Positions 8,840 through 17,980 of a stretch of 64,000 nucleotides of DNA are shown here, piece after piece (position 1 is the stretch's first letter; each line of letters begins with the position of its first letter). Location of the stretch: the sequence record NC_014636.1, one strand, 5' to 3'. Below the pieces are notes generated by a model. The model saw only the letters and a program-made list of their open reading frames with translations. It did not search any database and had not been told where the DNA came from. A program made the position numbers and the translations under genes.

Positions 8840-8874
8840 TGTGGACATATTATCATGTCCACACATTGAGTCAA
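8840..8874 (-). promoter_or_regulatory. early promoter with inverted repeat over the -10
   Basis: TTGACT-N16-TAATAT; TGTGGACAT/ATGTCCACA arms. Confidence 0.75.
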
Positions 8875-8877
8875 GCA

Positions 8878-9168
8878 TTATTTTTGAGATTTTTTGATTT
8901 CGTTCCAAACTTCTTTTTGCAGACGATCACGACAACCATTGCGATTCATCAGATAGTCATTGGTCAACTTTTGTTGAGCGTTGAACCAGTGAATCACGGC
9001 TTCATGCAAAACGGCACGCTGTTCTTCTGAACTCAGGGCAACGAAACGCTCTTTGCCGAAGTATTCAATGCGACTCAGAACACCGTCAGTCATACGCTTG
9101 ACAGCTTCGGCGTTTACGTTGAATTGTTTTGCGAGTTCGTCAAACTTAGCTTGGATTTCCATGTTCAT
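8878..9168 (-). CDS. hypothetical early protein
   Basis: Start MNMEIQ after promoter leader. Confidence 0.8.
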   Translation of the reverse strand: MNMEIQAKFDELAKQFNVNAEAVKRMTDGVLSRIEYFGKERFVALSSEEQRAVLHEAVIHWFNAQQKLTNDYLMNRNGCRDRLQKEVWNEIKKSQK

Positions 9169-9200
9169 GATGTAGTTCTCTTGTTTGTTTCGATGTGGAC

Positions 9201-9255
9201 ATCTTATCAGGTTGAAATGCGTTGTCAACAAAAAAGGCACCCGAAGGTGCCTTTT
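9201..9255 (-). repeat. terminator + early promoter cassette, copy 2
   Basis: Same GGCACCCGAAGGTGCC hairpin + TTGACA-N16-TAAGAT. Confidence 0.85.
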
Positions 9256-9256
9256 A

Positions 9257-12200
9257 TTACTTACAAGCGATGGACAAGAATTTCTCCAAGTCTTTACCCT
9301 TGATTTTCTTACACATAGAATACCGATTGTACTCGGTACGAGTAGCCGGCACGTAAACGGTAACGTGTGAATCGTCGCCGTATTCAAGCTCAACGCCAGT
9401 TGCTGGATTGAACTCTTTTGGATCAACATACTCAATCACACCGTTTTTACGCATCGGGATCATACCGTCATAGAAAGTATAAATCGCGTAGTCTTTGACG
9501 CTTGCGCGTTTTGCTTCTGTCAGCATTTCTCCAAACTTCATCCGGTTACTTTCAACCAGACTACCTTTCATTTTTGATTGATGCTCTTTGTACTTGCTGA
9601 ACGTGTTAAGCTCAACCTCATAGCATTTCAGCACCTTGATTTGTTTCTTAGGATCGAACACCGCCCATTCCGGAGATCTAACGCCGTGATGATCAGTTGG
9701 GTTCGGAACACCAGCAGAACGATAGTCCTTACGACGCTCGCCAAGAATAGATTCCATTTCGAATACATAGCCACGTGTGCCAGAATGACGGCCATAACCT
9801 TCGTTACTCACGTATTGTAGGATCTTGTCAATCTTGTTACTGAAATACAATCCATCACCAAGCATACGACCAACAACAGATTTATCCTTACTTGGAATAA
9901 TCTTGAATCCATAGCGAAGAACCATGTTAGCAGCAATACCGCCTGTTCCGTGGAAACATGGCACAATTTGCTCCAGTTTTCCTTCCGCTTCTTGTTGCTT
10001 CAAGAACTCGTTATACTCTGGATAAGTCATATTAACAGTAAATGATTTATGAATCAACGGATAAGTGTTACCGTGTTTACCAGCGTAATAATTATCAACC
10101 AGATGCTTGCCAATCAAATATTTCTGTTCATCGGTGATGTTATCATCGACAACAGCAGGAGGAGGAACAACAACGTTTGTATCCGCAGCGGCTTCAACGC
10201 GAGCGATATAATCACTGAACGTTTCGCCTTTCTTGGCGCGTATTTTTGCCGATTTAACCAGTTCATCTGGATCAATCTCGTTAAACTCAAACATCTTTTT
10301 AACGCGAGCCATATTTGGCGTATCAAACATGTTGATTGGACCGCCGTGAACTTGCTTGTAAATGAAGTTAATACCAGTCAAAGTAGTCCGAACTTTACCC
10401 TTGTAATAGTCGTCCATGTTTTCATAGAAAGCATTGGCAACCGCTGGATTAGCTTTCATACCGTTAAACATGATATCAACCAATGTTTGCTGTGCTTTCG
10501 CTTTATCATCACGACGACGAATGCCCATCAGATTTTCTTTGTTCATGAACTTAAAGCCGTGTGCAACTTCAAGACGCATAAACTCAGCCGCGGATTCATC
10601 GTCAAAATCAATCTTGTTGACGAAATCATAAGCGAAATCACCAATATAACTGGATTCCATATCATTGCCCAACTTAGCATAAGACATCAGCAACAGCGGA
10701 ACTCTAACGTGTGGATCGCATTGTCCAGAACGACTAACAAATCGTCTCAGTCCGTCTTTAGTCTTGATGTTAGTCAGCAAATAAGAAATGCGATTCTTCA
10801 ATTCATTTCCGGTTGCGGATTCAAGATAAGCTGGCATAAGCTGCATTGCCTGATAAACTTCGGCAGGATTATCGATCTTCTGAATAATCATGTCTCGAAC
10901 TTCATTTGCAACTTCCGGGAACTTTTCCATTGAACGTTTCAGAGCTTCAATCGGCAAATTATCACCAACCAACTTAGCATAGCGAATCATTGCTTTAGCA
11001 AGGGTAGCAATCGCAATAGAAGGCAGAATACGCAATGGAGTATAAACCATCTGCGCCGGACTAGAATTCATAACTTGTTTAACTTCGTAAACGAATTCTT
11101 TATCCTCAAGATAATTCTTCTTGGTCCAATATTCTTCGATGAAACTGAAATTGGCGTTGGTGATATAATCACGTGCCATATAACGGATCATATTCATATA
11201 TTGATGAACCGGCTTTGTTCCAGCTCCCCATGTCGGTAGACTAGGGATCGTCGGATAAATGCTCGCACATTCTTTATTGAAGATATTCACCATAGTAGTA
11301 ATGGCTTTTGTTCCAATAAACACGTCCGATTCGGAGCCAAACAGAGGATTTAACTTCATATCCACACCTTGCTGAGACATCAGAGAAGTTGTGGCGGAAA
11401 TAAAAGTAACTTCCAATCCGTCTACCATTGCAATTCGGCGCTCGTCTGGTGCGTTGTCCAGTCTAATCGCTAGTGTGATAACCATGTCAGTTGTCATGCC
11501 AAAAGACAACGCTTCCATTTTGCTACCAAGTGCCGATCCGAACAACTCATACATGATATCATCGGCACTAAAGCCAAACAACCAGGATTTGTTATCTACT
11601 TTGCTACCAGCGATAGCATATAGGACGGTATATAGTTCAATTGCGCCAGTAAACGGATTATTCTCTCCGTATACGCCATAACGCTTATACAGATTAATGA
11701 AATCGGAACGATTCTTAATGAAGAATGTGTCCTCGTTCATCTTGTAATTGGTTACATCGAAACTGATATTGTCAATTGAACTTGAATGCAACTTAAATTG
11801 ACGACCGTATCCAGCTAGTTTTGTGATAACGTCGGTGAAGCGTTCGCGATATCGGATAAACATTTCTTCCTGTACTGGGTCTACCAATTCGAATTCGAAT
11901 CCGGTTGGCCAGAAGTCGGAGCCGGAAGTGTATGTGTTCGGGTCAAGTGTATTCATTCCAGAAATACCGGATTTATTCTCCGCAATATGCTGACCAACGA
12001 TAGACAATACAGCATCAGCAAAACCACCTTCGTGATCATAAGTCAGATAACCGGGCTTGACAGGTTCAGCAACGGGCTCTGGCGCAACAGGAGCATCACC
12101 AACAACGTCGATAACAGCGTTGGTATCATCACCAGTTGTAGTTTGTGGAATCGCGGTATCGTTATCCTGTGAGTCACCAGCACCAGTACCGGTAGTAACA

Positions 12201-12808
12201 GTGTCCATATTCTTGAATCGAATGCGGCGACTGACATCCCAATAATCTGTAGAGATCTCGGTATGTTTGTTGCGTTGACGGCGCATTTCCTTTGACGCAT
12301 CAATCATGGAAATTGCACTGTTTTTGAATTTTAGTAGAACGTCACGCAGTTTTGGATCTGCTTTCATGATTGCGCTGTTTTTGATGTTCGCAACCCAGGC
12401 ACGGACAATATCGTCATCAACTGTATTAACCACGCCTGATTTACACAGAACAAGGAAACGGGTCATTTCGTTTACCTTGGCAGAGTTGATAAACATATCT
12501 TTATCATGCATCAGCTTAACGATCAGTGAAATATTGTGATTTCGGTCATCGATGTTACTGATTCTCAACTGGGCATCAGTCTTGAAATAACGCTGGATGA
12601 ATTTGATAGTGGTCTGATCGTTGATCTGTCTAGCAGCATTGAAGCTACCCAGGATACCAAGGAAGTTAAATGCAAATGCATTAATGATAGAAGTTTCATC
12701 ATTAACGAATGTAACTTTGGTATCTTTGTCGTATAAAGTATTTTCAGTCAGAAAACGATTATACGCATGATCGTTTTGACTTTCGAATAATTGTTTAGTT
12801 GTTAACAT
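9257..12808 (-). CDS. large PARP-like (H-Y-E) ADP-ribosyltransferase, probably late/virion-packaged
   Basis: C-terminal FHGT...GDGLYFS...SPEWAVF catalytic motifs; GAGG SD before MLTTKQLFE; late promoter upstream. Confidence 0.8.
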   Translation of the reverse strand: MLTTKQLFESQNDHAYNRFLTENTLYDKDTKVTFVNDETSIINAFAFNFLGILGSFNAARQINDQTTIKFIQRYFKTDAQLRISNIDDRNHNISLIVKLMHDKDMFINSAKVNEMTRFLVLCKSGVVNTVDDDIVRAWVANIKNSAIMKADPKLRDVLLKFKNSAISMIDASKEMRRQRNKHTEISTDYWDVSRRIRFKNMDTVTTGTGAGDSQDNDTAIPQTTTGDDTNAVIDVVGDAPVAPEPVAEPVKPGYLTYDHEGGFADAVLSIVGQHIAENKSGISGMNTLDPNTYTSGSDFWPTGFEFELVDPVQEEMFIRYRERFTDVITKLAGYGRQFKLHSSSIDNISFDVTNYKMNEDTFFIKNRSDFINLYKRYGVYGENNPFTGAIELYTVLYAIAGSKVDNKSWLFGFSADDIMYELFGSALGSKMEALSFGMTTDMVITLAIRLDNAPDERRIAMVDGLEVTFISATTSLMSQQGVDMKLNPLFGSESDVFIGTKAITTMVNIFNKECASIYPTIPSLPTWGAGTKPVHQYMNMIRYMARDYITNANFSFIEEYWTKKNYLEDKEFVYEVKQVMNSSPAQMVYTPLRILPSIAIATLAKAMIRYAKLVGDNLPIEALKRSMEKFPEVANEVRDMIIQKIDNPAEVYQAMQLMPAYLESATGNELKNRISYLLTNIKTKDGLRRFVSRSGQCDPHVRVPLLLMSYAKLGNDMESSYIGDFAYDFVNKIDFDDESAAEFMRLEVAHGFKFMNKENLMGIRRRDDKAKAQQTLVDIMFNGMKANPAVANAFYENMDDYYKGKVRTTLTGINFIYKQVHGGPINMFDTPNMARVKKMFEFNEIDPDELVKSAKIRAKKGETFSDYIARVEAAADTNVVVPPPAVVDDNITDEQKYLIGKHLVDNYYAGKHGNTYPLIHKSFTVNMTYPEYNEFLKQQEAEGKLEQIVPCFHGTGGIAANMVLRYGFKIIPSKDKSVVGRMLGDGLYFSNKIDKILQYVSNEGYGRHSGTRGYVFEMESILGERRKDYRSAGVPNPTDHHGVRSPEWAVFDPKKQIKVLKCYEVELNTFSKYKEHQSKMKGSLVESNRMKFGEMLTEAKRASVKDYAIYTFYDGMIPMRKNGVIEYVDPKEFNPATGVELEYGDDSHVTVYVPATRTEYNRYSMCKKIKGKDLEKFLSIACK

Positions 12809-12839
12809 TTTGTTCCTCATTAGTGAACTGATATACGAT

Positions 12840-12847
12840 TATTTAGT
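12840..12847 (-). promoter_or_regulatory. late promoter
   Basis: ACTAAATA about 30 nt upstream of PARP-like start. Confidence 0.65.
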
Positions 12848-12879
12848 GGAACACCGCGAGCGAAGCGAGCTAGAAAGAC

Positions 12880-12971
12880 AAAATAAAATCTCTTATAATA
12901 CTTTAATGAGAATCTACTTTGTCTTTTCGTTAGATATCAATGAGTTAGCGCCTACGGCGCTATCTTCGATT
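12880..12971. repeat. dispersed ~92-bp element, copy 1
   Basis: AAAATAAAATCTCTTAT...TGAGAAT...TCAATGAGTTAGCGCCTACGGCGC(T/A)ATCTTCGATT; same blocks and spacing at 43110-43201. Confidence 0.8.
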
Positions 12972-13851
12972 CGCTAGATTGTTCATTATTTATACCGAGT
13001 ACCTGTTCCATGAACTTATCCGATATGCTATTGATCAGATCTGGTCGCTTGATGTTCTCATGAAGCCAAGGATCAAAATCGCCGCTATGGTGTAACACTG
13101 AATAAGCACCAATCATTGAGCCATAGATACTCGCAACGGTATCGCTATCATAGCCGAGATTCGCTATGTAAAAGATCCCGTTCTGCTTCTTATCAAAGAG
13201 CATAAACGTTCTCCAAGCGATGGTGAGCGAATCCTTGACATACCCCGTAGGCTTGCAGTCTGCATTATCAAAGAACAAGCCAAACTCATTCTGGAGCTGT
13301 TCCTTGCTCGCTCCGTCGATGATTCGATGCATGATACGAACATACAGCAGAGAATACTCCACGACGAACTCGATAGGATGCGTAATCTCGGTCAGTTCTC
13401 GCACAACACTTTCGATCTCTTCTTTGCTTTTCCCATACGTCGCAAACGCAACAGGATAGAATCGCATAAGTGCACCATTACCGCAACCTTTGCTCGCGTC
13501 TGTGATTGGCTTGTCCCGCATTATAGCGTTGTATGTGCTAGTACCAATATCGAAGCATTCACCAGTTGACGAAAACGCACCACGATTGACCCAGCGACGG
13601 ATATCACGCTTAATTCCAGCGATGTCGAATTTGCCATCCTGATAATTGTTCATCGTGATTAGTGCGCAAGTCGTATCATCGGTAAAGTAACCGTAATCGT
13701 GATCAAAGCTGTTTTTCTCTGCTTTCAGCGTCTCGATGTCAATTCGGCGAATCTTCTTGCCGGTATTGAACTCGTTGAAGCTACCAACACAATCACCTAT
13801 GATTGCTGCACTAGATGATTGAATCATCATAAGATTTAAGATAAAGTTCAT
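12952..13851 (-). CDS. ADP-ribosylglycohydrolase (ARH/DraG family)
   Basis: IIGDCVG, YFTDDT, GNGALMR, GYDSDTVASIYG motifs; GGAG SD before MNFIL. Confidence 0.92.
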   Translation of the reverse strand: MNFILNLMMIQSSSAAIIGDCVGSFNEFNTGKKIRRIDIETLKAEKNSFDHDYGYFTDDTTCALITMNNYQDGKFDIAGIKRDIRRWVNRGAFSSTGECFDIGTSTYNAIMRDKPITDASKGCGNGALMRFYPVAFATYGKSKEEIESVVRELTEITHPIEFVVEYSLLYVRIMHRIIDGASKEQLQNEFGLFFDNADCKPTGYVKDSLTIAWRTFMLFDKKQNGIFYIANLGYDSDTVASIYGSMIGAYSVLHHSGDFDPWLHENIKRPDLINSISDKFMEQVLGINNEQSSESKIAP

Positions 13852-13862
13852 ATTTCTCCAAT

Positions 13863-13888
13863 AAAAAAGCCACTCATTGAGTGGCTTT
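13863..13888 (-). terminator. hairpin / possible terminator
   Basis: AAAGCCACTC-ATT-GAGTGGCTTT with U-tract on minus strand. Confidence 0.5.
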
Positions 13889-13912
13889 AGTTTACTATAT
13901 ATCACTTTTATG

Positions 13913-14527
13913 TCAAGCGATATGTTTCAGATTTTGTTCCATGTAGTTGTTCACATACACGATATCACCACAAACTTTCTGGAGTTGATAGTTGTTCTGT
14001 TCAGTTTTTACACTGTGGAACATAGTCTCAACGAACGGCTTTCCATCACGCGGGCTGTTGAAGCTGACCAGGATGAATTCACGCTTGGTTTCGTCAGGAT
14101 CGCCGCTAGTGGCGACAACGTTACCAAATCGACCGCTGTTTTTGTGGATCTCGAAGATATCACCATCCAGCAGCGGACGACCACGAATGTAACCTTCTTC
14201 CAGCACAACGCGACGACGATAGGAATAGAAACCACCACGCTTGACCCAGCCCAGTTGACCAGCTTCGATGCTATCGTTTTTGATCTCGAAAGTAACTTTA
14301 TTTACAGTCGTGATCAGTACGCGACCATTTACGATTCGCATGGAAGCGCGAAGATCGCTGGTTTCCAGATTGTAAACGGGCTCAACTGCGGTACCGTTGC
14401 GCTCGATATTCAGCAGAACATAAGACTTATCGCCGATCGGCAGTGTATCACCAGGGCGCATGTCGACCAGACGTTGATATTCTTCGCTAACACGAGGCAG
14501 TTTGATTTGACTTACATTGTAGTACAT
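13913..14527 (-). CDS. hypothetical protein
   Basis: 204-aa ORF. Confidence 0.8.
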   Translation of the reverse strand: MYYNVSQIKLPRVSEEYQRLVDMRPGDTLPIGDKSYVLLNIERNGTAVEPVYNLETSDLRASMRIVNGRVLITTVNKVTFEIKNDSIEAGQLGWVKRGGFYSYRRRVVLEEGYIRGRPLLDGDIFEIHKNSGRFGNVVATSGDPDETKREFILVSFNSPRDGKPFVETMFHSVKTEQNNYQLQKVCGDIVYVNNYMEQNLKHIA

Positions 14528-14536
14528 AATTTATCC

Positions 14537-14734
14537 TTACAGAGTGATTTGTTGAATACGGTCTTCGTATACTTTGATCTTGCTGCGGAACAAATCCATG
14601 TTTTCATCATGTTCCATGATTACTGCTTGTGCCAGTGCGCGTTGTGCGAAAGCGTGAGACTCGATCAAAACGTCTTTTTCGTCTTTGAATCCACGTTTAG
14701 CTCGCATTGCTTTCAGTTCGGCAGTAGTTTTCAT
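14537..14734 (-). CDS. hypothetical early protein
   Basis: GAGG SD after early promoter leader. Confidence 0.75.
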   Translation of the reverse strand: MKTTAELKAMRAKRGFKDEKDVLIESHAFAQRALAQAVIMEHDENMDLFRSKIKVYEDRIQQITL

Positions 14735-14762
14735 GATTTGTTCCTCAGTTCGTTTGATGAGG

Positions 14763-15071
14763 CTATACTAACAGGTCAGTTTTTGATGTCAACTCTTTTT
14801 TCGGAATTATTTTCACGAAAATTTTCATTGAAAGTTGGGACCCTTCATAACTGAACTCTTCTACCATACCGGACTCTTGTGTTTGCGTGAGTTCTGGACA
14901 TAGCTTAGTGAATAGCCAATAAGTATCTCGCTTGAACTGCTTGAACCCTTCGGTTTCGCGAATTTTGGCAGACTTGTTCTTTCCGTAGAAGTCGTTCAAC
15001 ACCCGCAGAATGTAAGCGAATCGATTTACCAAAACTGGATGTTTTAGATAGTGCTTAGTTTCAAAATGCAT
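14763..15071 (-). CDS. hypothetical protein
   Basis: 102-aa ORF. Confidence 0.65.
   Translation of the reverse strand: MHFETKHYLKHPVLVNRFAYILRVLNDFYGKNKSAKIRETEGFKQFKRDTYWLFTKLCPELTQTQESGMVEEFSYEGSQLSMKIFVKIIPKKELTSKTDLLV
14765..14792 (-). promoter_or_regulatory. early promoter
   Basis: TTGACA-N16-TAGTAT, CATCAAACGAACTGAGG leader. Confidence 0.75.
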
Positions 15072-15080
15072 AGTTGCTCC

Positions 15081-15100
15081 AAAGAGGGCCGAAGCCCTCT
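15081..15100 (-). terminator. intrinsic terminator
   Basis: AGAGGGC-TTCG-GCCCTCT hairpin + U tract. Confidence 0.65.
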
Positions 15101-15102
15101 TG

Positions 15103-15624
15103 TTATTCTTCCAGCCAGTCGAAGCTGTGCGCGTTCATTGCACCCTTGTCGTTCTTACGAACAAGAATGGTTTTGTTCTTGTCGTCTTTCAGAATCACGC
15201 TATCATCGGTGATCAACAGAACTTCACAAACACCGTTTCGGTTATTCACTTGATCTCCGACTTGCAGAGGAGCACCAACACCGATACGATATGCGTTTTT
15301 CTCAACAAACAGACCGTTAGAGTTGTGCTTGGTAGTGAAACCGAGACGCTTGACATTGTTGGTGTGGATACTATAACGACCATCATCATAAATCATGGTA
15401 GCTTCAACGTCAGACATACCGCGCAGTTTCATGGTCAGTTTCACTTTACCGCAATTGCTTTCAGCGATATACAGCGGCGCGTAACCAGACCCACCAATCG
15501 GAGCATAACGACGGAAGTTTTTGAACGTCAGATCTTGATCCGGCAGTTCGTAAGGTTTATCGAAGTTGTTGATCTCGATTAGTTCAACCGGTATGTCCTT
15601 AATATTGCCTTCACGATAAAACAT
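15103..15624 (-). CDS. hypothetical protein
   Basis: 173-aa ORF. Confidence 0.8.
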   Translation of the reverse strand: MFYREGNIKDIPVELIEINNFDKPYELPDQDLTFKNFRRYAPIGGSGYAPLYIAESNCGKVKLTMKLRGMSDVEATMIYDDGRYSIHTNNVKRLGFTTKHNSNGLFVEKNAYRIGVGAPLQVGDQVNNRNGVCEVLLITDDSVILKDDKNKTILVRKNDKGAMNAHSFDWLEE

Positions 15625-16015
15625 TTTTCAGATTCTCCAATTTGTAATAACCAGAATTTACACGTTCTTTATACTCGGCGCGTTGTTCGCGTGTGAGTCC
15701 TTTATTCATAACGGTAACGAGTTTGTAAGGTTTCGGTTGATCTTGCATAATCAGATACTTATTCGGCTCGTTTTCCATTGGCGGGCGTCGTTCTGATTGA
15801 TACAGAAACGCTTTACCAAGAATCTCACAATCAGGATCTTTCATATCGTGACTGTAAAGATACTCAATGGGAGGCGAACACAGACAAGTAATGTCGTGAT
15901 CTTTCGCCATCGCCTTTACTTTTTCATAGACTTCTTTCGTTACCTCTGCATAGTCGCGAGTTACTTCACCAACTTTACAAAGATAATCTACTGGTCGAAA
16001 ATTTTCAACTATCAT
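15611..16015 (-). CDS. hypothetical protein
   Basis: 134-aa ORF. Confidence 0.75.
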   Translation of the reverse strand: MIVENFRPVDYLCKVGEVTRDYAEVTKEVYEKVKAMAKDHDITCLCSPPIEYLYSHDMKDPDCEILGKAFLYQSERRPPMENEPNKYLIMQDQPKPYKLVTVMNKGLTREQRAEYKERVNSGYYKLENLKNVLS

Positions 16016-16022
16016 TTGCGCC

Positions 16023-16388
16023 TCAACTGTTTACCCAACAAGCAAAATTATCAGGGGTAAACTCCTCTGTTTTGTAGAACCATTTGATTGCCGCATCCTT
16101 ACTGCGGAAACGCTTCAAATAGCTGATGTTGTCATTACCCTTTAAGTATAAAACAACATGATTCCCACTGTCAATCAGTTTTCTTTCTTTTTGTTCATCG
16201 TCAGAACGTGGAAAGTTGGATTGTTCATCCGATAAATGACAAGCGGCGAACTTTCGATCACCGCTCTTGATTCCCCAATATTCGTCTTTTCCTAATGGGA
16301 CAAATCCCAGAAATACATAGCCTTTTAACGGGGAACTCATGTAATTTATCAGATTCATCATAGGATCCGATAAACCTTTATGAATCAC
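16023..16388 (-). CDS. hypothetical protein
   Basis: 121-aa ORF. Confidence 0.75.
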   Translation of the reverse strand: MIHKGLSDPMMNLINYMSSPLKGYVFLGFVPLGKDEYWGIKSGDRKFAACHLSDEQSNFPRSDDEQKERKLIDSGNHVVLYLKGNDNISYLKRFRSKDAAIKWFYKTEEFTPDNFACWVNS

Positions 16389-16999
16389 TTTTCGTATCCG
16401 TAGAACTCAAATCCCAACAGCTTACCGACATAATCACCAGTCAAAGACTGATACAAATGGCGCGGGGTATCGTCAGTGAACTTGCTGGCGTTAGTAACGT
16501 CGATTGACATCAGTCCTTCAAACGGCAGCGGAGATTGTTGAGTATTACCCAATGGAATATCTTTCCACACTTCATCGACGACTACGTTGATCGCTTCCTG
16601 GCCGTCTTTGCGCATAACATCGATGGTAAACGCAATATCCAGCGAATGGACGTGTTCCATCTTTTTCAGATAGGATTGTAGTGGCTCGACGCCTTTATCG
16701 AGGCAAGCGACTCCTACAACGTCCAGAACCATGACGTTAAACATTTCACGGCCGAGATAATTGTGAATCTCGGATTGGATATCAGTCAATCGGAAATTAT
16801 CACTCTCAACAACGGTAATATCACCACCATCGAGTGGAACATCACCGATTGTCTCCAAGATTTTGGCTACCAGAGTTTCTTGGGTTTCTTCGTTGTTGAT
16901 GAAAAGAACGTTTTTGCCTTCTCTGGCTCGTTCTACCGCAATTTCGATAGCTTTGGTAGTCTTACCGGATGCGGCAGATCCTTTAATGCAATGAATCAC
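16385..16999 (-). CDS. P-loop NTPase (RecA/DnaB-like fold)
   Basis: GSAASGKTT Walker A, VLFINNEE, VMVLD Walker B. Confidence 0.75.
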   Translation of the reverse strand: MIHCIKGSAASGKTTKAIEIAVERAREGKNVLFINNEETQETLVAKILETIGDVPLDGGDITVVESDNFRLTDIQSEIHNYLGREMFNVMVLDVVGVACLDKGVEPLQSYLKKMEHVHSLDIAFTIDVMRKDGQEAINVVVDEVWKDIPLGNTQQSPLPFEGLMSIDVTNASKFTDDTPRHLYQSLTGDYVGKLLGFEFYGYEK

Positions 17000-17337
17000 T
17001 TTCTTTCTCCTAAGATTTCTACATCGATTCTAAACGTTTGTTTACCGTTGTTGATTCGATTTGCTTCTTTCTGCATTGAGTTGGAAACGATAGCATGATT
17101 TTTGATCACACCAGCGTCAAGCTCCGAAACGTCATGTGCTTTTACAGGCATATTGATCGTCTCAACGTGTATGGGACATTGTAGTTGATCAAATCTGGAT
17201 ATGTCAACCTTTATGTCGTATGTTTTTGGTTTCTTTTGCCAAAATTTCCAGTTCATAGAAAAACGGGGATTACTCCCCGCCCTCAAGAGCTTTAACACGC
17301 TTTTCAAGCTCGATGTATTTGGCATGAACAACATCAA
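16996..17337 (-). CDS. hypothetical protein
   Basis: ORF; start uncertain. Confidence 0.6.
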   Translation of the reverse strand: MMLFMPNTSSLKSVLKLLRAGSNPRFSMNWKFWQKKPKTYDIKVDISRFDQLQCPIHVETINMPVKAHDVSELDAGVIKNHAIVSNSMQKEANRINNGKQTFRIDVEILGERK

Positions 17338-17548
17338 TCACGCGACGCTGAATCACAATCATGATGTAAGCTACCGTGAACAGGAACAGCGGGGTGATTA
17401 CCCAGGTATTGGATTGTTTATAGTAGTCATATGCTACCGAGATTTCGGCAACACACCAACTACCGAGTACGATCATCAGCAACAGGAACCAAACGTTGTC
17501 CATTTTGAAATTCCACTTGCCATCTACTTTCATTCGAGTATCAATCAT
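17270..17548 (-). CDS. membrane protein
   Basis: Two TM segments. Confidence 0.65.
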   Translation of the reverse strand: MIDTRMKVDGKWNFKMDNVWFLLLMIVLGSWCVAEISVAYDYYKQSNTWVITPLFLFTVAYIMIVIQRRVIDVVHAKYIELEKRVKALEGGE

Positions 17549-17557
17549 TTCATTTCC

Positions 17558-17749
17558 TTATTTCACTATCAATTCAAACGGGCATGATGTAAAAACAAAA
17601 TACCATGCTGCGATTGCGGCCGCTAATGGAATTAGCATTTCGCCGCCAACTTTACCGGTAAACCCGTGTTCGACATATGAGCCCATTACGACAACAAATG
17701 ACAGATACAACGAGATCAGAACGGTAATAATCCATCCGAAAACTTCCAT
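17558..17749 (-). CDS. small membrane protein
   Basis: Two TM segments. Confidence 0.7.
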   Translation of the reverse strand: MEVFGWIITVLISLYLSFVVVMGSYVEHGFTGKVGGEMLIPLAAAIAAWYFVFTSCPFELIVK

Positions 17750-17976
17750 TACAGAGACAGATCCTTATGAATCTGACCGAGTGCGGCCATTTCGTTGTCG
17801 TCTTTACAGTCAAACGCTGCATCCTCGATCAGTCGCATGATAACATCGTGGTGTTTTACCAGATTCATCATAACACGGCGAGCATTTTTGAATTCAGCGT
17901 CGCTCATTGCTTTCGGTTTACCTTGAATGCGCAGACCGTTACGAGCGTTGTCCGGAAGTAGTTCATTCAGAAACAT
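17749..17976 (-). CDS. hypothetical protein
   Basis: 75-aa ORF. Confidence 0.7.
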   Translation of the reverse strand: MFLNELLPDNARNGLRIQGKPKAMSDAEFKNARRVMMNLVKHHDVIMRLIEDAAFDCKDDNEMAALGQIHKDLSL

Positions 17977-17980
17977 TTTC

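Noticed and set aside
9257-12808. Calling the large ART gene alt
   Set aside because: Its catalytic motifs are H-Y-E (PARP-like), not the R-S-E of T4 Alt/Mod, so no symbol was given.
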